64,000 bases of DNA, taken from the human T2T-CHM13v2.0 reference genome, Homo sapiens. The position numbers and the translations under genes are program-made. Positions within the stretch are counted from its first letter, which is position 1; every line of letters starts with the position of its first letter. The stretch lies in NCBI RefSeq assembly GCF_009914755.1, contig NC_060932.1. One strand, written 5' to 3'. Shown here one piece after another: positions 27,740-41,659 of this stretch. Under the pieces are notes generated by a model. It saw only the letters and a list, made by a program, of their open reading frames with translations. It ran no database searches and was not told the origin of the DNA.

Positions 27740-30120
27740 AGCTTTTAGTTGATGGTTCCTAATTTCATTCCTTTGTGGTCAGTAAACATGCTTTGTATGA
27801 TTTCAGTGCTTCTAAATTTGTTGGGGCTTGTTTTATGGCCTAGTGTATAGTCTTTCCTGGTTAATGTTTCATGTGGACCTGAATTGGATCACTTTTTAAA
27901 AATCTATTTTGTTAATCTGTACTTTTTGATTGCAGTATTTCATGTCCTTACATTTAATGTAATTGCTGATAAAGTCTGCCATCTTGTTATTCATTTTTAA
28001 TGTCCTTTTTGTTGCTGTTGTTGTTCCTCTGTTCCTCCATTACTGCCTTCCTTTACAACAGATAGATATTTACTAGTGTGCCATTTAATTACCTTGTTGT
28101 TAATTTTACCCTACTTTTTTGAGTTATTTTCTTAGTGGTTGCCCTGGGCACTAGAATTAATACCTTTAATTAAAACAATCAATTTCAATTTATTGCTAAC
28201 ATAATTTCAAGGGCATACAGAAATTTTGCTCCAACATAAATCTTTTCCCCTTCCTCCTTTGCACTATTATCATACAAATTACATCTTTCTATGCTATAAG
28301 TCCACAAACAATACATATTACATTTATTGCTTTATGCATTGGTTTTGGAATAAGATAGAAGAAAAAACTAATAAAAACACATATATTATCCCTTTTATGT
28401 TTACCCACTATCTTTAGTGATGCTCTTTTTTTTTCTTCATGTGGATTTGTATTACCATCTGGTATCTTTTTATGTCAATCTAAAGAACTGCCTTTAATAT
28501 CTATTGTAGAGCAAGAAATATTGGCTAGCATTAACTTCTCCCAGTTTTTATATATCTGGAAATGTCTTAATTTTGCTAGATATAGAATTCTTGGTTGGCA
28601 GTCTTTTCCTTTCAGTATTTGAATGTCATTCATTGCCTTCTCTCCTCTATGGTTTCTGATGACAAGTTGGCTGTTCATCTTAAAAGGAAGGTTCCTTTTG
28701 TGCAATAAGTCCTCTTTCTCTGTGTGCTTTCAAGAATCTCATTTTATTTGATTGTCAATTTGAGATTAGAATTTGAAAAAATAAAATGAAAGTGAAAATA
28801 AATTTTAAATTTGGCAATTTGACTGTGATGTGTCTAGGTATGTTTCTGAGTTTATCCTCCTTATAATTCATTGAGCTTCTCAGATGTGTAGATTAATGCT
28901 TTTTATCTAATCTGGAGGATTTCTGGCCATTATTTTTTCAAACAGTCCTTCTGCCACCTCTCTTTCTTCCCCTGAGGATTCCATTATGCATATGCTGGTA
29001 CACTTGATCGTGCTCCATAGGTTGTTTTCTTCATTCTCTTTTTCTTCTGTTCCTTAGCATGGATAATCTTAAAGAACCTATTTCCAAATTTGTTGATTAT
29101 TTCTTTTACCAGCTTAAATCTGGTGTTGAGCCCCCCTAGTGAGTTTTTTAACTTAAGATATTGTACTTTATGACTCCAGATTATCTGTTTAGTTCTTTTT
29201 TATAATTTCTGTCTCTTCATTGGAATTCTCTATTTGGGGAGACGTCATTGTAATAATTTCTTTTAAGTCTTTAGACATAGTTTTCTTTAGTTATTAAAAC
29301 ATACTGACGATAGCTGACTTGAAGCCTTTGTTTAGTAAGTTCAGCATCAGGGCCCCTCACAGGCAGTTTCTATTGACTGCATGCTTTTCTGTGCATGTAT
29401 ATACTTTCCTATTTCTTTGTGTGTCATATAATTTTTGTTGAAACTGGACAGTTTTTAGATAATACAATGTGGCAATTCTGGAAATCAGTTCGGTCCCTCT
29501 CATAAAATTCGTTGTTGTTCATTTTTGTTATCGTTGTCACTATTTGTTTGTTTACTGACTTTCTGGATTAATTTTGTGAAATCTCTATTGCCTGTAGCCT
29601 TACCTGTAGTTGCTCTGGGCACTTGTAATGTTAAAAAAAATACCTGCCAATAATTGTTTTGACTAATAGCCTGGGAATAGAGCTTTTCTTGCAAGTGAGG
29701 ACAAATAACAACAATGTCCTGAGAATGCAGCTTTCCAGGTAGAAAGAGAGAGGTTTAAAATGGTGACAATGCTCTGGGTATGGAAATTTGTGAGGTACTA
29801 AAAATGTGATGTGGCCCCACTAGTGCCTGGAAAGCTATGGTTTTCACTGCTCTAGTGTTTTGAGATTGCCAGTTTTCAAGGCTACCCTGGAACTGGGGAA
29901 GAATGGTTGGGAGCAGTTAAAATTACCACCCCACAAACCCTGCTATTCTTATTCAGGTTCAGCACTTTTTCCTTCAATAAATATTCCTCTAATTGTTGTA
30001 TGTCTTTGCTAATGTACAGAGTTCTAAAGAAGTTGATTTTAACAATTTTTCTCAGTGCTTTTGTGGAGGGGTAGATTTATGAAGACATTCCCTCTGCCAT
30101 TCTGATGTTCTGCCTCATTA
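27740..30120 (-). mobile_element. Old L1M (L1MC/MD-like) fragments
   Basis: ttcctttgtggtcagtaaacatgctttgtatgattt; ORF 28475..28705(-) has ORF1-like CQPRILYLAKL. Confidence 0.7.
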
Positions 30121-30835
30121 CACAATGTTTTATAAGCAATTAAATGCTTGAGGTTTCATCAGGAACTGAGAACATTCTAAATATCCTTCTTTCTTAAGCA
30201 GTAACAATTTCAAGAAAATGAATACCTTTGTCCCTTGCTCCTAAAATAGCAGGTAGAGATAATTTTCTTTCTCTCTAGGCCTTCCTCTCCTGGTGCAGTG
30301 CAGTAAGGGAGAATTTTCCTCACATTCAGGAAAAACCAAGGATACCAACTGTTGCAACTTCTTATATGTAAGAAATGCTCAGTAGTAACATTTTTAAATC
30401 CCTGGAGCTTCTAACATATTTATGAAAAAACTAGAGAAAAGAAAGTTTATAGAAGGTCATACAATGAACCTAATTTTTGAGAACCCATCATGTATTAGAG
30501 ACATGGTCCCTGTCATCTTAGAAGACACAATCTCAGAGAACTAAGAGACTTTAGAATATAGTGTGCTATTTAAAAAGAAAGTATAAAGGGCTTTTGGCTT
30601 TATGCAAAGGACTGATATTCCTAGAAGAAGTGACAATTTCTCTAACATCTGAAGGATAAAAAGGAATTGGCTGTGAAGGATATATGAGAGAAGGAAAACA
30701 GAAAGAGGTAAAGAAAGAGTCCTCCAGGAAAGAGGGCTACCGTATGGGAAGGTCTGTTGGAAGAATTTTGTCTGGAATGAGGATGGTAAAGGGCAGTGGT
30801 AAGAGATAAAGGCAGACTAAAGCTGAATCACTGAC

Positions 30836-31166
30836 TGCTGTGGTCTGAACGTTTGTGTCCCCCAAATTCATATGTTGAAATCTAATCACTAATGTGATGG
30901 TGTTAGGAAGTGGGGCCTTTGGGAGGTGATTTAGGCAAGTAAGATTATTGTCCTTATAAAAAAAGCCTCAGAGAGCTGCCTTCTCTTTTCCATCATGTGA
31001 AGACACAACAAGAAAGCACCATCTACAAACCAGGAAGCAGGCCTTCACCAGACACTGAATCTGCTAACACCTTAGTCTTGGACTTCCTCAAAGTAAATTT
31101 CTATTGTTTATAAGCCACCGAGTTTATGGCATTTTGTTACAGCAGCTTAAATGGACTACTAAGACA
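30836..31166 (+). mobile_element. MLT1A-like MaLR LTR
   Basis: tggtctgaacgtttgtgtcccccaaattcatatgttgaaatctaa...ttgttacagcagc...ctaagaca. Confidence 0.85.
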
Positions 31167-31429
31167 CTGACCAAAACTGGAAAGCTGGAAAACGATATTA
31201 ACCAAGGGGTTACGTGGTGAGTTAATGTTCACACCGAATGTTAATGTTTTAATAGAGCTGAACATAGAATAGAAAGAGTGAGAAGTCCATTTGGGGAACA
31301 TAGCTTTGGTAGAATTTTCACAGCAGTTAAACCACAGTGGAGAAGATTTCTTAGAAAATGAATGGCAAGAAAAAGAGAAAAGAAAGCAAAGAACAATGTT
31401 TGGGTCCATGTCAGCCCATAGTAGACTGC

Positions 31430-32090
31430 CTTCACACAATCAATCATGCTTCTTTCTTCTTAACAAAAGTCTGACTTTGAGCGTCCACCTTCCTCCAGAT
31501 AAACCATTTATTTGATTTAGAGGAAACTAATCCTTTTCTGGCTGTAGGGGTTGATCTGTTGGTTTAAGAATAATCTCATATCCCCCTGCCAGTAATTCAT
31601 CTAGAGTGGAAATCTGACTTAAATTGGCTCAATAAGACTGAAAGGAAAGATTACTGGTCCTTAGATGATAGAGAGGTACACCCTCTCTCCTCCTGGAAGC
31701 TGGCTGCCTCAGACTGTTGCCAGCCATCTGGTGTTTCAGACTCCCTTGTAACTGTGAGTGCCCATGAGACATGGTTCCCACCAATAGAAGAGGGTCTGCC
31801 AGGAGGTTTCCAGAAGGCCATTTACGGCTGGGGTGGTAGCTCAGCAATGTCACTCTCTCCCCCTCTCTTCCAGTGGCTGCTGGCAGCCATCCTGCAGTCA
31901 GCCAGCACAAGGACAAAGCTGACCAAGGAGGAAGTGCAGAGCCAAGAACATCTTCCCTTGATTATACTGCCCCGAAGTCTGCCCTACTGCTAGGCTTCCA
32001 GCTATGTCAATCAGTAACATTTCTTGTTGTTTAAGCCAGGTTTGAATTGCATTTCCGTGTTTTGAATTTGAAAGGATCCCAAAAGGTACA
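31430..32090 (+). mobile_element. Old MLT1 (K/L-like) LTR
   Basis: ggcagccatcctg and ttgtttaagccaggtttgaattg...tttcc terminal motifs. Confidence 0.45.
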
Positions 32091-33103
32091 GTAGAGAAAT
32101 GAACTCACAAAGAGATCATGAATAAAAGATAGTAAAGCAGAATCAGAAGAGTTCGATGGGATCCAATCTGAGGGAGGGTGAAATTTGACAAAAACAAAAC
32201 AAAACAAAAAAACCCGACAGTGCTAAATGTAGCCGACCTATCAAGGAAGATGTTGTTCTTGTGCTATTTCTAATCTGGATATGGAACTTTAAAAAATCAA
32301 TCTGTATTAATTGTCACCATGCCATGGTTCCCTGAGCTATAAAATATTCAAAGGCTAACCAATGGCAGCCTATTTTACAATTGGATTATGAAGATTATAA
32401 AGTATGCTTTTATAATGACATACAGAATAAACACAGTCAAGTAAGACATAATCTAAGTACATGAAAACCTCTTTTCCCCAAGTAGACCAAATTAATCAGT
32501 GAAGTCTTGTAAGTCTTATAGATACAGTTTATTTTAGATGTTACTTAAAAGAAAAATTATGAAAAATTTCAACATATACCTAAAGGAAGAAAGAACAGTA
32601 TGACAAACCTCCACATATCCATCAGCCAGATTCTAACATTATCAATATTTTGTCACTCTTCCTCTTCATCCCTGCTTCTTGCACATGTAAAATCAATTGT
32701 TTGAACATCAGAATATATTTTCTTATATAAACCATGTACAAATAGCAATTAGAGTCTGAGGTCAAAACCCTGAAGCCATCTAACCTGTAAGATACATGAA
32801 GTTTTTACATTTTGAGTAGAAAACAACATGATTGAAACTATGAGTTAATTAACTGTGAGTCTCATTTTATGACTGTCTAAGAAGAGGGGGCTTACCAAAG
32901 CAAAAGTAAACTTCTGACCAGTCCCTACCAAAGTCACCAAGTAGAGACCGTTAAAGTTCAGGTTTAACCTACTAATATAAAACCTTCCAATTATTTTTAT
33001 AGCTATTTAGAATCACTTAGTTTCTCCAAATGCTACAACATTTTCTGCCACAGCATTTTCTAACAATATTTATAACTGCGTTTTCTCTCCATAGTTGCAG
33101 GGC

Positions 33104-33602
33104 CAGTGGTTCTCAAAGTGTGTTTCAAGGACATCTGAGAGTTCTCTAGACCCTTTTAGGGGCTCTGCAAGATCAAAACTACTTTCTTAATAATACAAAG
33201 ATATTATGTGCTCTTTTCATTCTTTTCTGGGCACACAGTAGAGTTTTCCAGAAGCTACATGAGGTAGGACATCACAGCTCTAACAGGTACATGTGTGAAG
33301 CACATGTGAGGATTCTCCTGTTGTCTATTAATCCAGACTCTAAAAAGATTTGTAAAAATACAAAACAATTCCAATCTTCTCACTACATTTTCTGTTTTGA
33401 AAATATAATTTTTTTAAAAAGTTATTTATACTGACATGTTATGAGGTTATTATTTTTAAATAATTCATAAATATATATATAATTTTCTTTCACTTTTAAT
33501 GTCTAATGATTATATTGGTAGATGTAAGCCACATTCCTTGGGGTAGTCAATAATTTTTAAGAGTATAAGAGGGTCCTAAGGCCAAAAAGGTTGAGAACTC
33601 CT
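33104..33602 (+). mobile_element. Charlie1b-like hAT DNA transposon
   Basis: TIRs cagtggttctcaaa ... ggttgagaactcct; internal gagttttccagaagctacatga. Confidence 0.75.
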
Positions 33603-33804
33603 AAGTTCCGCACAAATTCCCTTCATCATCTAAATGAAACTTTTGGTTAATGAGATGACAATTCTTTTTCCATTATATTTTGCAAATGTCACTAGAAATA
33701 AAATCTATCTCTTCCCTGACATTCCTTTTTATGATAAACATTTTCTGATTTTGAGGAGGAAATAGACAAAGATCTGGTGAGGATGATGTCTAAGTTATAC
33801 TTAC

Positions 33805-33942
33805 CTTTACTAACTCTGTGTAGCCCGTTTCTTTTGGGGTCCACCAAGGCTGTGCTTTCAGTCCATTCACATTGTAGAGTGAGCGTTGCCAGACAGATGC
33901 AAAGTGTCCTCTCTTGTGCCCAAGCTCATACCACTTATATGC
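33805..33942 (-). CDS. ASPH: ASPH coding exon (exon 21), 138 bp, AYKWYELGHKRGHFASVWQRSLYNVNGLKAQPWWTPKETGYTELVK (TPR end / hinge)
   Basis: Acceptor ttcag|GCA, donor AAG|gtaagt; phase 0-0. Confidence 0.97.
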
Positions 33943-36174
33943 CTGAAGGAACAGAAAGAATGTGCTCCAAACTGTTCCTTCAACAGAGCATTTTTATTAA
34001 TTTTAAAATTGAAAACATTAAAAATAAGGTATTACTTTGACACATTTAAATAAAGAGCTTACTGCTAGGTACTCAAATCTGTTGAAATCTGGTGAAAATA
34101 TTGTTATTTCACTGGGTTTCTGATTATGACCTATTTGTATAATGAACATGTACATTTTCTTTTCCCCCTTAGGCTGCAGTCTCTCTGGATAGTGGATTCA
34201 TGCCCTACACATTTTGGTCTCCCTCGAGTGTCCAGCAGGGAGTCGAGCACTTATTTTTTGAATGAATAAATAAGACACCAAAGGGCCTTTTCTATTTTCT
34301 ATTTCCATTAGAAAAAGATTATGATTTTAATAATTTCTTCAAAGATATTTGCATTTACTGAATCAGAATGCTAAAATAAAAGCAGCTTCTTTTCACATGT
34401 ACTTTCCATGTCCACATTTAAGAAGGTCACCCCAAGGCGTCAGAGTGCAAACCCTCCATTAAATTAAGTAGACAGAAGGGAAAAATTATTCTGAGTGGGC
34501 AATAAATACAGTGATAGCCCATTTTAGATTTTTAAAGAAGGAATTTTTGTTCATAATATATATTTTTTTCTGCCATAAGGGATAACATGTGTGGCTTTAG
34601 GCTAGCTGCAACATGATACTACTTGCCTCCAAGACTAGCCTTTTCAGGGACAGCTGGCTACGGAGCATGACGCTCTTTATGGCTCCTTTAAATGATGCCC
34701 TCACCATATGCTCTCCAAGGAGCCCTGCCCACTTCCTGCACCATGCATGTTCCATTGTCTTTTGAATGGAAGGCTTTCTAATGGTACACTTAATATTATC
34801 CCCTCCACTACTGCAAACCTGATCTAATGATTACTTTTACAGAGATAATTCAAATGTATTTTTGATAAATAAAAATAAGCATTTCATAGTAACTTGAATA
34901 TCTTCTTTGTAAATCACCAGATACACTTTAGATGTAAAAAATGTTAACTTTTCAAATTTTCCCTCATTAGGAGACTGAAGGGGGATAGCAATATCACCTC
35001 ATATTTTCAGTAACACTTTACATTGACTACTTTCTTTGAATGTGTTATCTCATTTGATTTTTCCAATAACCCCAAATATCTCCATTTTACAAATGTTGAA
35101 ACTAAGGTTTATAAAGGCTAAATCTTCTGAACTAGCATTTGGGGCTCCTGGCAACTTATTCTACTCTCCTCCTATTTATATCATTTAGCAAACACTATGA
35201 AAAATGATTTTCTTATTTAGTTATCTTTTTTATTAATATCTAAAACTAAGAATGCATATACAAATCATTCTTAAATATTTTCCTTACAATACATGTAAGT
35301 TGTAGCCAGAATTCCTTTAAAAACTAGAAAGTTAAAATGGCTAATTGTTATCTAATTTTTTTAAAAAATAGCATATATCTTTGAAATTAATTTGACTATT
35401 GTGGTTATTTTTGTCCAACTAAAATTTAGGATTTTACTTCCTATGCTTTTCAGGGCAAAAGTGAACAATAATACTAAGGACAACAGATTGTTTTTTCAAA
35501 AATCTGACAGTCCATTTTTGAGTCATCACAATTCATTTTAAGGATAAAGTGTATTGCTAGAATAGTGAGAAAAGAAGTTATTGTAGAAAAATAAAAACAG
35601 CAAACATTATAGCTGTAGTTCAAGAGTTGGAAGCCTTAGATTTTAGTTCCGGCCTTTAATTAGCCCTCGACATGCTAGATGTCTGGGCAAGTTACAACAG
35701 CATGTTTAAACTATCTATAAGGTCTTTTCTGACACTCAAAGTAAGTAATCCTGCATCAAGTAGGACTCAATTTTTCACTCTCCTGTCATATAAATTTTAG
35801 GAGAAACAAAATTGTGAAAGTGATATATCAGAAATTTTTAAAAATCACCTTTAATAATATGTGACACAGGGGACCCAACGAATTCAGCTAGAGTGCTTTT
35901 TAAAAAAAACCTAAACTACTTTACAATAAAAAATTGCTATAAAATCAAAGATCAAGTTAGAATCCCCTGAAAATTTCTCTACTATTTCCTGTCTGATCAG
36001 CAATTTTCCTGTCTAATCAGCAATTAGGAATATTAAAATAGACAGTAGGAGGCCCTGGGACACAGGGGCAGTAAGAGCCCCTGGGCCACATTTAAGAAGT
36101 TAAATGTATTTTATATCAATGTTGTCTCTACTTTCTTCCAATCGTTGCTATGTATGGTTTTTATGCACATGTAC

Positions 36175-36202
36175 ATACACACACACACACACACACACAC
36201 AT

Positions 36203-36240
<38 letters not shown>

Positions 36241-36243
36241 CAG
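36175..36243. repeat. Compound (CA)n-(GA)n microsatellite
   Basis: Visible directly. Confidence 0.95.
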
Positions 36244-38764
36244 AAAGTATGTCAGATGACTGGATCCCAGAAAAGCCCAGGCCACATCTGTGGAATGGGC
36301 TGTCATAAGTGGCCCCAGCTGGGGTATGTTCTGCCTGGAGCCCACTGTCCAGTGAGGCCTGAGAGACACACTTCTGGTGAGAAGAGCTGGCTGCAACTTG
36401 CCTAAGGATTGTAAATGCTATCGCGTGCAAACAGAATGTTATGTTATTTTGCATGGTAGGCTTTTTGAGCATAGGGTGGCTTGAAATAAACTGAGACCAA
36501 GCAAGAAACAACATCCAGGTTCTCACAGCTATCATTGAGGACGCAGTTGACAAAGACAGGAGTTAGCACTGACTGAGCAAGAGGGAGGGTGAGGGGGATG
36601 CCAAAAACATGAGAAAGCCAGATCTCCATAGCTGGCCCTGACTAGACTGGAGTAAGGAGGAGAGGGAGGAGCTCAAGCTCACTCAAATCTTGATCCTGGG
36701 AAGACGGGAATATCATTGAATGAGAGAAGGAACCTAGGAGGAAAAACGGTTTAGAGAAAGACAAGTAAGTTTTCTCTGTGCCATCGTGTGGGACACTGAG
36801 CTGGCGGTAGACATGAGAATGGGGACTTGGAGAAGGAGACTAAATCTAGCTAGAACGTGGATTTGGAAGTTATGGGAATACCGAGAACTGCTATCTGAAT
36901 TGCTGCAGACCCTCATGGTTTGTCCCCCGTCTTCCTGCCCATACTAAACGGACCACTTAGAAAAATTTTCCTCACAACCCATTTTCTTGTCAGTCTCTGC
37001 AGCACAGAGGCTGTGGCTTTGCTTTTTGCAGATCCATCCTCTTTCAGAGTTGGAGCAGTGCTCTAGGCATAAAAACGTGAAAGGTGTTTACTTCCTGACA
37101 TGCAAACTCAGAGCACGACAGCCAAGTCAGACTCAACACCTAATGCTGGGAATATACTAACATGGAGTTTCTACAGGTTTGTTTCTGTTCTCCTGTAAGA
37201 ACGAATCCTTCTGAACTTTTTAAATTCAAGAACTGTGCTGTTCTTTGCATATTCATGATAATTAAGTTGGTAGAACAGTCCCATACGTTCAAATCCCAAG
37301 CCCTTAACAAGTGTATAGTAATGAACTTTTTGCCCTTGAAGTAACGGCTGTTTTCATCTAAGATGTGAGATAAATCATAGGCTTCTTTCATCTGTCTTTG
37401 CCCTGGACTCTGAAATGTTCAAAGATAAATTAATTAGTGATGATTACATTTACAGTAGTCAGACATGAACATTTATCCAGTGTTAGATGTTGTAGCAAAA
37501 TCTTTCTTATCCCTCTCATTCAAAGGAGTTCTGAGTGATTACATCTAAAAGAAAAATGCGATGCAAAAAGGACTACTAATCAGCAATTTCTTCTCCCATC
37601 TTTCTCTTTAATTCTAATATCTCATTCCATTTCAGTTGACTGGTAGGTTAGAGGGGGAAAGGTACAGATAAATAGACATGTATAAATCAAAAATTGTCAA
37701 TTATCTGAACCTCTAGTACCTCCAGATTGGTTCATGTTCCTAGCAGACAATTACGTTATCACAAACCCCTTCACTTCTCTGAACCCTCAATTCCCCAGAT
37801 GATTCCATGTTCTTACTAATTTTAGAAACCTGAAGCTGTATTATCCTTAGATGTCACTTTATTACATACATGGGATGCAATGGTTACAAAGATTCAGTGT
37901 CTCACTTTACCCTTTTATCCACTGACTCTAAGGAGAGCCCAGCTCTCACCCCTGCAATAAAGCAGGACAGGAAAGGAGGGCTTTGCCATCCAGCAGGGCT
38001 GCATAAATCGTAAATCATGGTAGACTGTGACAGAGTTTTGAAATTTATAGCATGCGATGTCATGATTAATGAGACAATGTTATGGTTATAGAAGCAGACA
38101 CTGTACTCAGAAAAAGGTAACCATTACAAAGGAAACATGGAACTTTTTTAGCTACTACATTTTTTGTGTCAATCCCTATCATTACTATCACCACAATGTT
38201 CGTCTTAAACTTGGTATTAAATATTTCAGAGGATAAGTTACACAACTAACCATTAGGATCTGTGTGATTAGGAATCAGCTGATAAAGACTTCATTCTAAA
38301 AAGAACTACTTTTAAAAGTCCAAAATAAAACAAAAATGAATCTAGTCAAACTGTTAAAATATTTCTAAAAATTTAAATTATTTCAGTGACATCTCTTCAT
38401 TTCAAAATTTAAAAAATACTTTTCCAAGGCAATTTCTATCTCTCTGTACACACACAGACACACACACACAGATACACACAGACAAAAACATACACAGACA
38501 TGTACCAACTTAGAGATTGCTTTTGTGATTACTTAGCTGATTTCTTGAAAGAAACTATAAAAGCCAAATCCCAAAAATTCTTTAAAGGGTTAAGCTGGAG
38601 TTGTTGGGTTGTTCCAAAGATAGTTTAAGTAACTAAATAGTTTATATCACTGCTTTCGAAAGTTCACACTCAAAATATTTTTTGAATTCTAACTTTCCTA
38701 GAAATAATTATTCTCCCAACTCCATCCTCTGTTAGAGAGAATCAGAAATTCATACACCCATTAC

Positions 38765-38854
38765 CTCTTTGTTCCCAACCCTCTGCATGGCATCCCCCAG
38801 GTGGAAATAAAATCTCCCATCATCAGTGCCAGGATCTCCGGATTCTATTCCTTC
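38765..38854 (-). CDS. ASPH: ASPH coding exon (exon 20), 90 bp, EGIESGDPGTDDGRFYFHLGDAMQRVGNKE
   Basis: Acceptor ctacag|GAA, donor GAG|gtaatg; phase 0-0. Confidence 0.97.
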
Positions 38855-40239
38855 CTGTAGAAAGGACAGTGTTAGTATGGGTAAAATAATTAAATACCAG
38901 ATTCCATTAATTGATTTACATAGCTTTTCTTATGGCACATCGTATGAAAACCTAAAAACCAGAAAAATACATCTCCATATTAAACTTTTGGAATGAGGTT
39001 ACTGGTCAACATTTGCAATGCCAAAACAAAAGGAGGTCATAAAGCTAAATTTAACAATGCATTCATCATTAATTCACTGTGGAATGGCCCACAAAATTAG
39101 TATGATACTTTGTGTACCTTCTGTGTGGGAACAATCATATTTCAATATTTTGAAGAATTTCTCTGGCTGGATAGCTCTTACATTTATTTTGCTCTCCAAA
39201 TCTGACCATATGTCATCTAGAGGCTTTTTATTCCTAAACCAAAATGTTTAACTGCTCATGCTTGAAGTGATGGCAGTCCAACTGCGAGCATTATTTCTTT
39301 CCATTCAAAACAAATGTGTCCTTACCTTTTAATGATTTTTTTTTTCTTTTTACAAAACATACAGGAGAATTAAAGCCAATTTGAATCTTTAAAAATGTAA
39401 TTTTTATTAAACAAATCCCTATTCTAAAACATTTACCTAATTCTCTGATTTCTCACACAAGCACTGAAATTGAGATTGATGAACCCCATTCCCGTCCCCA
39501 CAAAGAGAAAAGAGAAAATATTAAAGCAACAGAATGCGTTTAGAAAAGCAGAAGGACAAAAGTTAAAAATATGTAAATGTCAAGGACTTCTTTCTAAAAA
39601 TCTGCATCCTTGAGGCCTCTTCACAAGAAGCCTATTATCTTTCACTAGGAAGAAATTGTATTTACATAATGTTGGAAATGAGCAAGCTGCACGATAGAAT
39701 GGGAAAGGCATCATCACTCAGGACAGGAAGGGAGCTGTGGCGAGGGCTTCTAATTGACCAACACTCAAGTGTCCTTGCTTGATAACTGACCAGGCCAGCT
39801 CTTGCTTTCCCTATCTCTGAAGCAGGCAGAGTACCAGTAAGCCACCCTATGTCAAAGGAAATGTAAGGAGACACTTTAAATCACAGAAACCCACATGCCC
39901 ACAGGGCCCTGGCAGGAAATATGAAGTGCTTGACAGGGGTCCAGGGACAGCCCCATCCCAAGGGGGGAACACTGCTTGTCTGTGTGCAGGGAAGTGAGCC
40001 AGATATGACGTTTCAAGAGAAACTAGAAGTCTGCATAATTATATAAAAATGCTCAGATTCTCAAATAAGGCAAGCAATTAAAATGGTTTTTAATAGAACC
40101 ATGCCAGCCAAATAAAACATGCAAGCTATTTGCAATCAGTGGGTTACTATTTGGGATCTCTGATTTAAGTCATGTGAAAGAAAGAGATCATAAAAGTGGA
40201 ATATATTGATACTTAAAAAAAAAGCCTACAGCTATCTAA

Positions 40240-40782
40240 TTAGCTATGTCCAATATGGTAGCTGCTAGCCACACATTACTGCTAAATTAAAATAAAATGA
40301 AAAATTCACTTCCTCAGTCCCAGTGGCCACATTTCAGGTGCTCAATGGCCACATGTGGCCAGTGGCCATCATATTGGAGAACACAGATAAAAAACATTTC
40401 CATCACAGTAGAAAATTCTTTTTTTTTAGAGACTGGGTCTTGCTCTGTTTTTTTTGTTTGTTTGTTTTTTTAATATTATACACATTTTTTAGAGACAGGG
40501 TCTCAGTCTGTCGCTCACGCTGGAGGGCAGTAATGCATTCACAGCTCAATGCAGCCTCGACCTCCTGGGCCTGAGTAGCTGGGACCACAGGCATGTGCCA
40601 CCACATCTGGTTGATTTTTAGAATTTTCTGTAGAGATGGGAATCTCACTAGGTTGCCTAGGCTGGTCTCAAACTCTTATCCTCAAGTGATTCTCCCACCT
40701 TGGTCTCCAAAAGTGTTGGGCTTACAGGTGGGAGCCACTGCACCTGGCCCACAGCAGAAAATTCTACTGGGAAGCCCTGGTC
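40240..40782. mobile_element. MER3 (hAT-Charlie MITE) interrupted by an AluJ
   Basis: tgtccaatatggtagc...ccacatttcaggtgctcaatggccacatgtggc...catttccatcacagtagaaaattc, resuming acagcagaaaattctactgg. Confidence 0.75.
40419..40749 (-). mobile_element. AluJ with a short duplicated 3' end
   Basis: Two tttttagagac starts (about 40421, 40485); TSD acagtagaaaattct / acagcagaaaattct. Confidence 0.85.
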
Positions 40783-41010
40783 TACACCACCTGTGATTCT
40801 GCTGAATTGATGAGGATTTAATTAGATATGAGAAAAAAGGCATATTTTAATTTGAATATTTTGAGCAATGACCTTTTCAGCCAGTATTTGTTACCTCACT
40901 TTGTGTGGGTAGTTAAGAGTACTATTCTGAGTACAGTAAATATATAATTAACTTGTAAAAGGAACATATAATGCATTGTCTATATTTAATACATATGTGT
41001 ATATACATAT

Positions 41011-41328
41011 TTTATTTATTTATTTATTAATTTTTTGAGACACAGTTTCACTCTGTTGCCCAGGCTGGTGTGCAACTTCTCCAGGGTTCTCCTGGGTTCT
41101 CCAGACTTCTCCAACGTCTCCTGGGTTCAAGTGATTCTCATGCTTCAGCCTCCCAAGTAGCTGGGATTACAGGTGCACACCACCACACCAGGCTCATTTT
41201 TGTATTTTTAGTAGAGACAGGGATTCACCATGTTGGCCAGGCTGGTCTCGAACTCCTGACCTCAGGTGACCACCCACCTTGGCCACCCAAAGTGCTGGGA
41301 TTACAGGCATGAGCCACCACACCCGGCC
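41011..41328 (-). mobile_element. AluSx-like with an internal repeat-filled patch
   Basis: Reversed Alu; 41075-41125 replaced by ttctcc(a/t)ggg iterations. Confidence 0.9.
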
Positions 41329-41659
41329 TATTGTCTTTATTTAAAAATATTTAAAGTATCACTAATTTTGTCTGCCTTTGCCATTTATTTAAAAACTAAT
41401 AACAACTTCAGTTTTATAAATTTTAAAATAAAATATTTTCCAAATCATCTCTGCTCAAGTGGTTGGTATCCTGACATCTGACACTTTTGGTTACAGTGGA
41501 GGCCCACGCTGCTTATGAATGTCATGGTCTGAGGGTGGACATCCTGAGGATGAAAATACTCAGCAGTGCATGCAATCAATCTACAAGGAATAAGCAAGTG
41601 TGTCCCAATAACTCGAAGGACTTGAAAGATGAAAGGAGAGGAGAAGCAGTGAGCATTAC

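Noticed and set aside
33777-34040. Plus-strand ORFs overlapping ASPH exons (also 3237-3473, 11568-11858, 41487-41717, 52865-53080) as antisense genes
   Set aside because: Shadow ORFs opposite real exons; no recognisable homology or splice structure.
35985-36024. 20-bp tandem duplicate (similar short ones at about 43846-43880 and 27503-27532)
   Set aside because: Ordinary slippage duplications with no functional context.
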